Source: a virus. Taken from it: a DNA stretch of 64,000 nucleotides. The DNA lies in the IMG/VR virus record IMGVR_UViG_3300045988_067813, positions 1-64,000 of that record; one strand, given 5' to 3'. The notes beneath the pieces are model-generated. The model made no database searches. It was given only the letters and a program-made list of their open reading frames with translations, and was not told where the DNA came from. Of the stretch, positions 63,354 to 64,000 are shown piece after piece (the first letter of the stretch is position 1; the number at the start of each line of letters is the position of its first letter). The position numbers and the translations under genes were made by a program.

Positions 63354-64000
63354 AGTAGAAACGACTTAATCTCTTTGCTCTTCACAGGTAAATCTCTCTT
63401 AGCCAACCACTTCCTGTAGGCATTATCACTAACACCATACTTAGATGCTAACTTAACAAGAGATTCTTTAGACAGTAGGTCTTTAATAAGGTCTTCTCTA
63501 GTAGGTATGTTCTTCGCCTTTTCTGCATTATAACAATCAAGACAAAATATACCACTAGTTAAATCACCACAGATAGTACATTTATTCCTCTTGTTAGTCC
63601 ACAAAGTAGACTCTCTTTGGATATACTCATCTCCCTTAATATATTTATCAGGAAGCATATCATTGTCAGTGATTCTATATCCAGACCTAGACCTTGAAGT
63701 GAGTTCACCTAATGTATTTATGTTGTTTATGTTATCTCTTGGAGTAACTCTTCTAAGATTTGTATAGTGGTTATTAAGCTTATTGCCATCAATATGGTCA
63801 ATCTGTAGTCCATCAGACTTATCAAAATGACCTATATTTACCCAATAACTTAGAAAATGAGCTGACCTTTGGATAGTCTTACCATTTACTCTAAGTCTAT
63901 ACATTGCATAACCTCTTGAGTTTACATAAGGTTTTAGTTTCTTAACCTTGCGTCCAAGCAAGCTGAATACTTCACCGTATTCATTTACAACATAGTTTTC
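63344..64000 (-). CDS. HNH homing-type endonuclease (5' end runs off the window)
   Basis: LQIDHIDGNKLNNHYTNLRRVTPRDN (HNH), Zn ribbon CTICGDLTSGIFCLDC, C-terminal HTH-like LASKYGVSDNAYRKWL. The frame stays open to nt 64000 (ENYVVNEYGEVFS...). Its last 10 nt overlap tRNA-Cys. Confidence 0.8.
   Translation of the reverse strand, partial: ENYVVNEYGEVFSLLGRKVKKLKPYVNSRGYAMYRLRVNGKTIQRSAHFLSYWVNIGHFDKSDGLQIDHIDGNKLNNHYTNLRRVTPRDNINNINTLGELTSRSRSGYRITDNDMLPDKYIKGDEYIQRESTLWTNKRNKCTICGDLTSGIFCLDCYNAEKAKNIPTREDLIKDLLSKESLVKLASKYGVSDNAYRKWLAKRDLPVKSKEIKSFLLSV

Noticed and set aside
1-64000. Prophage or temperate lifestyle
   Set aside because: No integrase, excisionase, attachment-site-like tRNA-flanked junction or divergently transcribed CI/Cro switch was found. 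The two HTH genes (15585-16647) are co-oriented within the early block. Part of the genome lies outside the window, so this is not absolute.

Overview
The window looks like about 64 kb of a tailed dsDNA phage genome with low GC. I saw no integrase or lysogeny module, so it is probably virulent. A LytA-like choline-binding amidase (38618-39586) points to a mitis-group Streptococcus host.

There are two convergent transcription blocks, which meet at a bidirectional terminator near 25.73 kb.

(1) Plus strand, 1-25.7 kb: early and middle genes.
- A block of small early genes at 152-8723, flanked by an inverted promoter repeat.
- A replication module: winged-helix initiator/organizer, prim-pol/helicase fusion, family-A DNA polymerase, PD-(D/E)XK nuclease, AAA_24 Sak4-like ATPase and an acidic-tail SSB-like protein.
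- Nucleotide metabolism genes (DHFR, dUTPase).
- Two XRE/HTH proteins.
- Two tandem arrays of small paralogous genes.

(2) Minus strand, 25.7-64 kb: late genes. In transcription order these are an HNH endonuclease, tRNA-Cys, a tRNA fragment, tRNA-Arg, a small protein, an SPP1-gp7-like head morphogenesis protein, TerL, portal, prohead protease/scaffold, major capsid, neck proteins, a 451-aa tail-tube candidate, a 1596-aa tape measure, Dit/Tal-like proteins, a tail lysozyme, a CHAP hydrolase, a membrane protein and the LytA-like amidase. About 13 kb of modular, repeat-rich, cysteine-rich fibre/receptor-binding genes follow, including a Dp-1-type holin.

Most interesting observations:
- Eleven small early proteins in two unrelated tandem arrays all end in the same hydrophobic C-terminal tail, G-F-[YF]-[IV].
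- Array 1 is joined by an invariant 8-nt ATGTTTAA stop/start overlap.
- Dense CxCxC(D/E) cysteine clusters occur across the virion proteins, and the phage encodes its own tRNA-Cys.
- A promoter element is repeated three times. Its two rightward copies run into a strong terminator with no ORF between, so they are candidate small RNAs.
- A 436-bp highly structured ORF-free leader lies upstream of a possible thymidine-hypermodification-like gene.
- Lysis genes are embedded in, and translationally coupled to, the structural operon.

All functional calls rest on motifs read by eye and on recalled family signatures. No searches were run.
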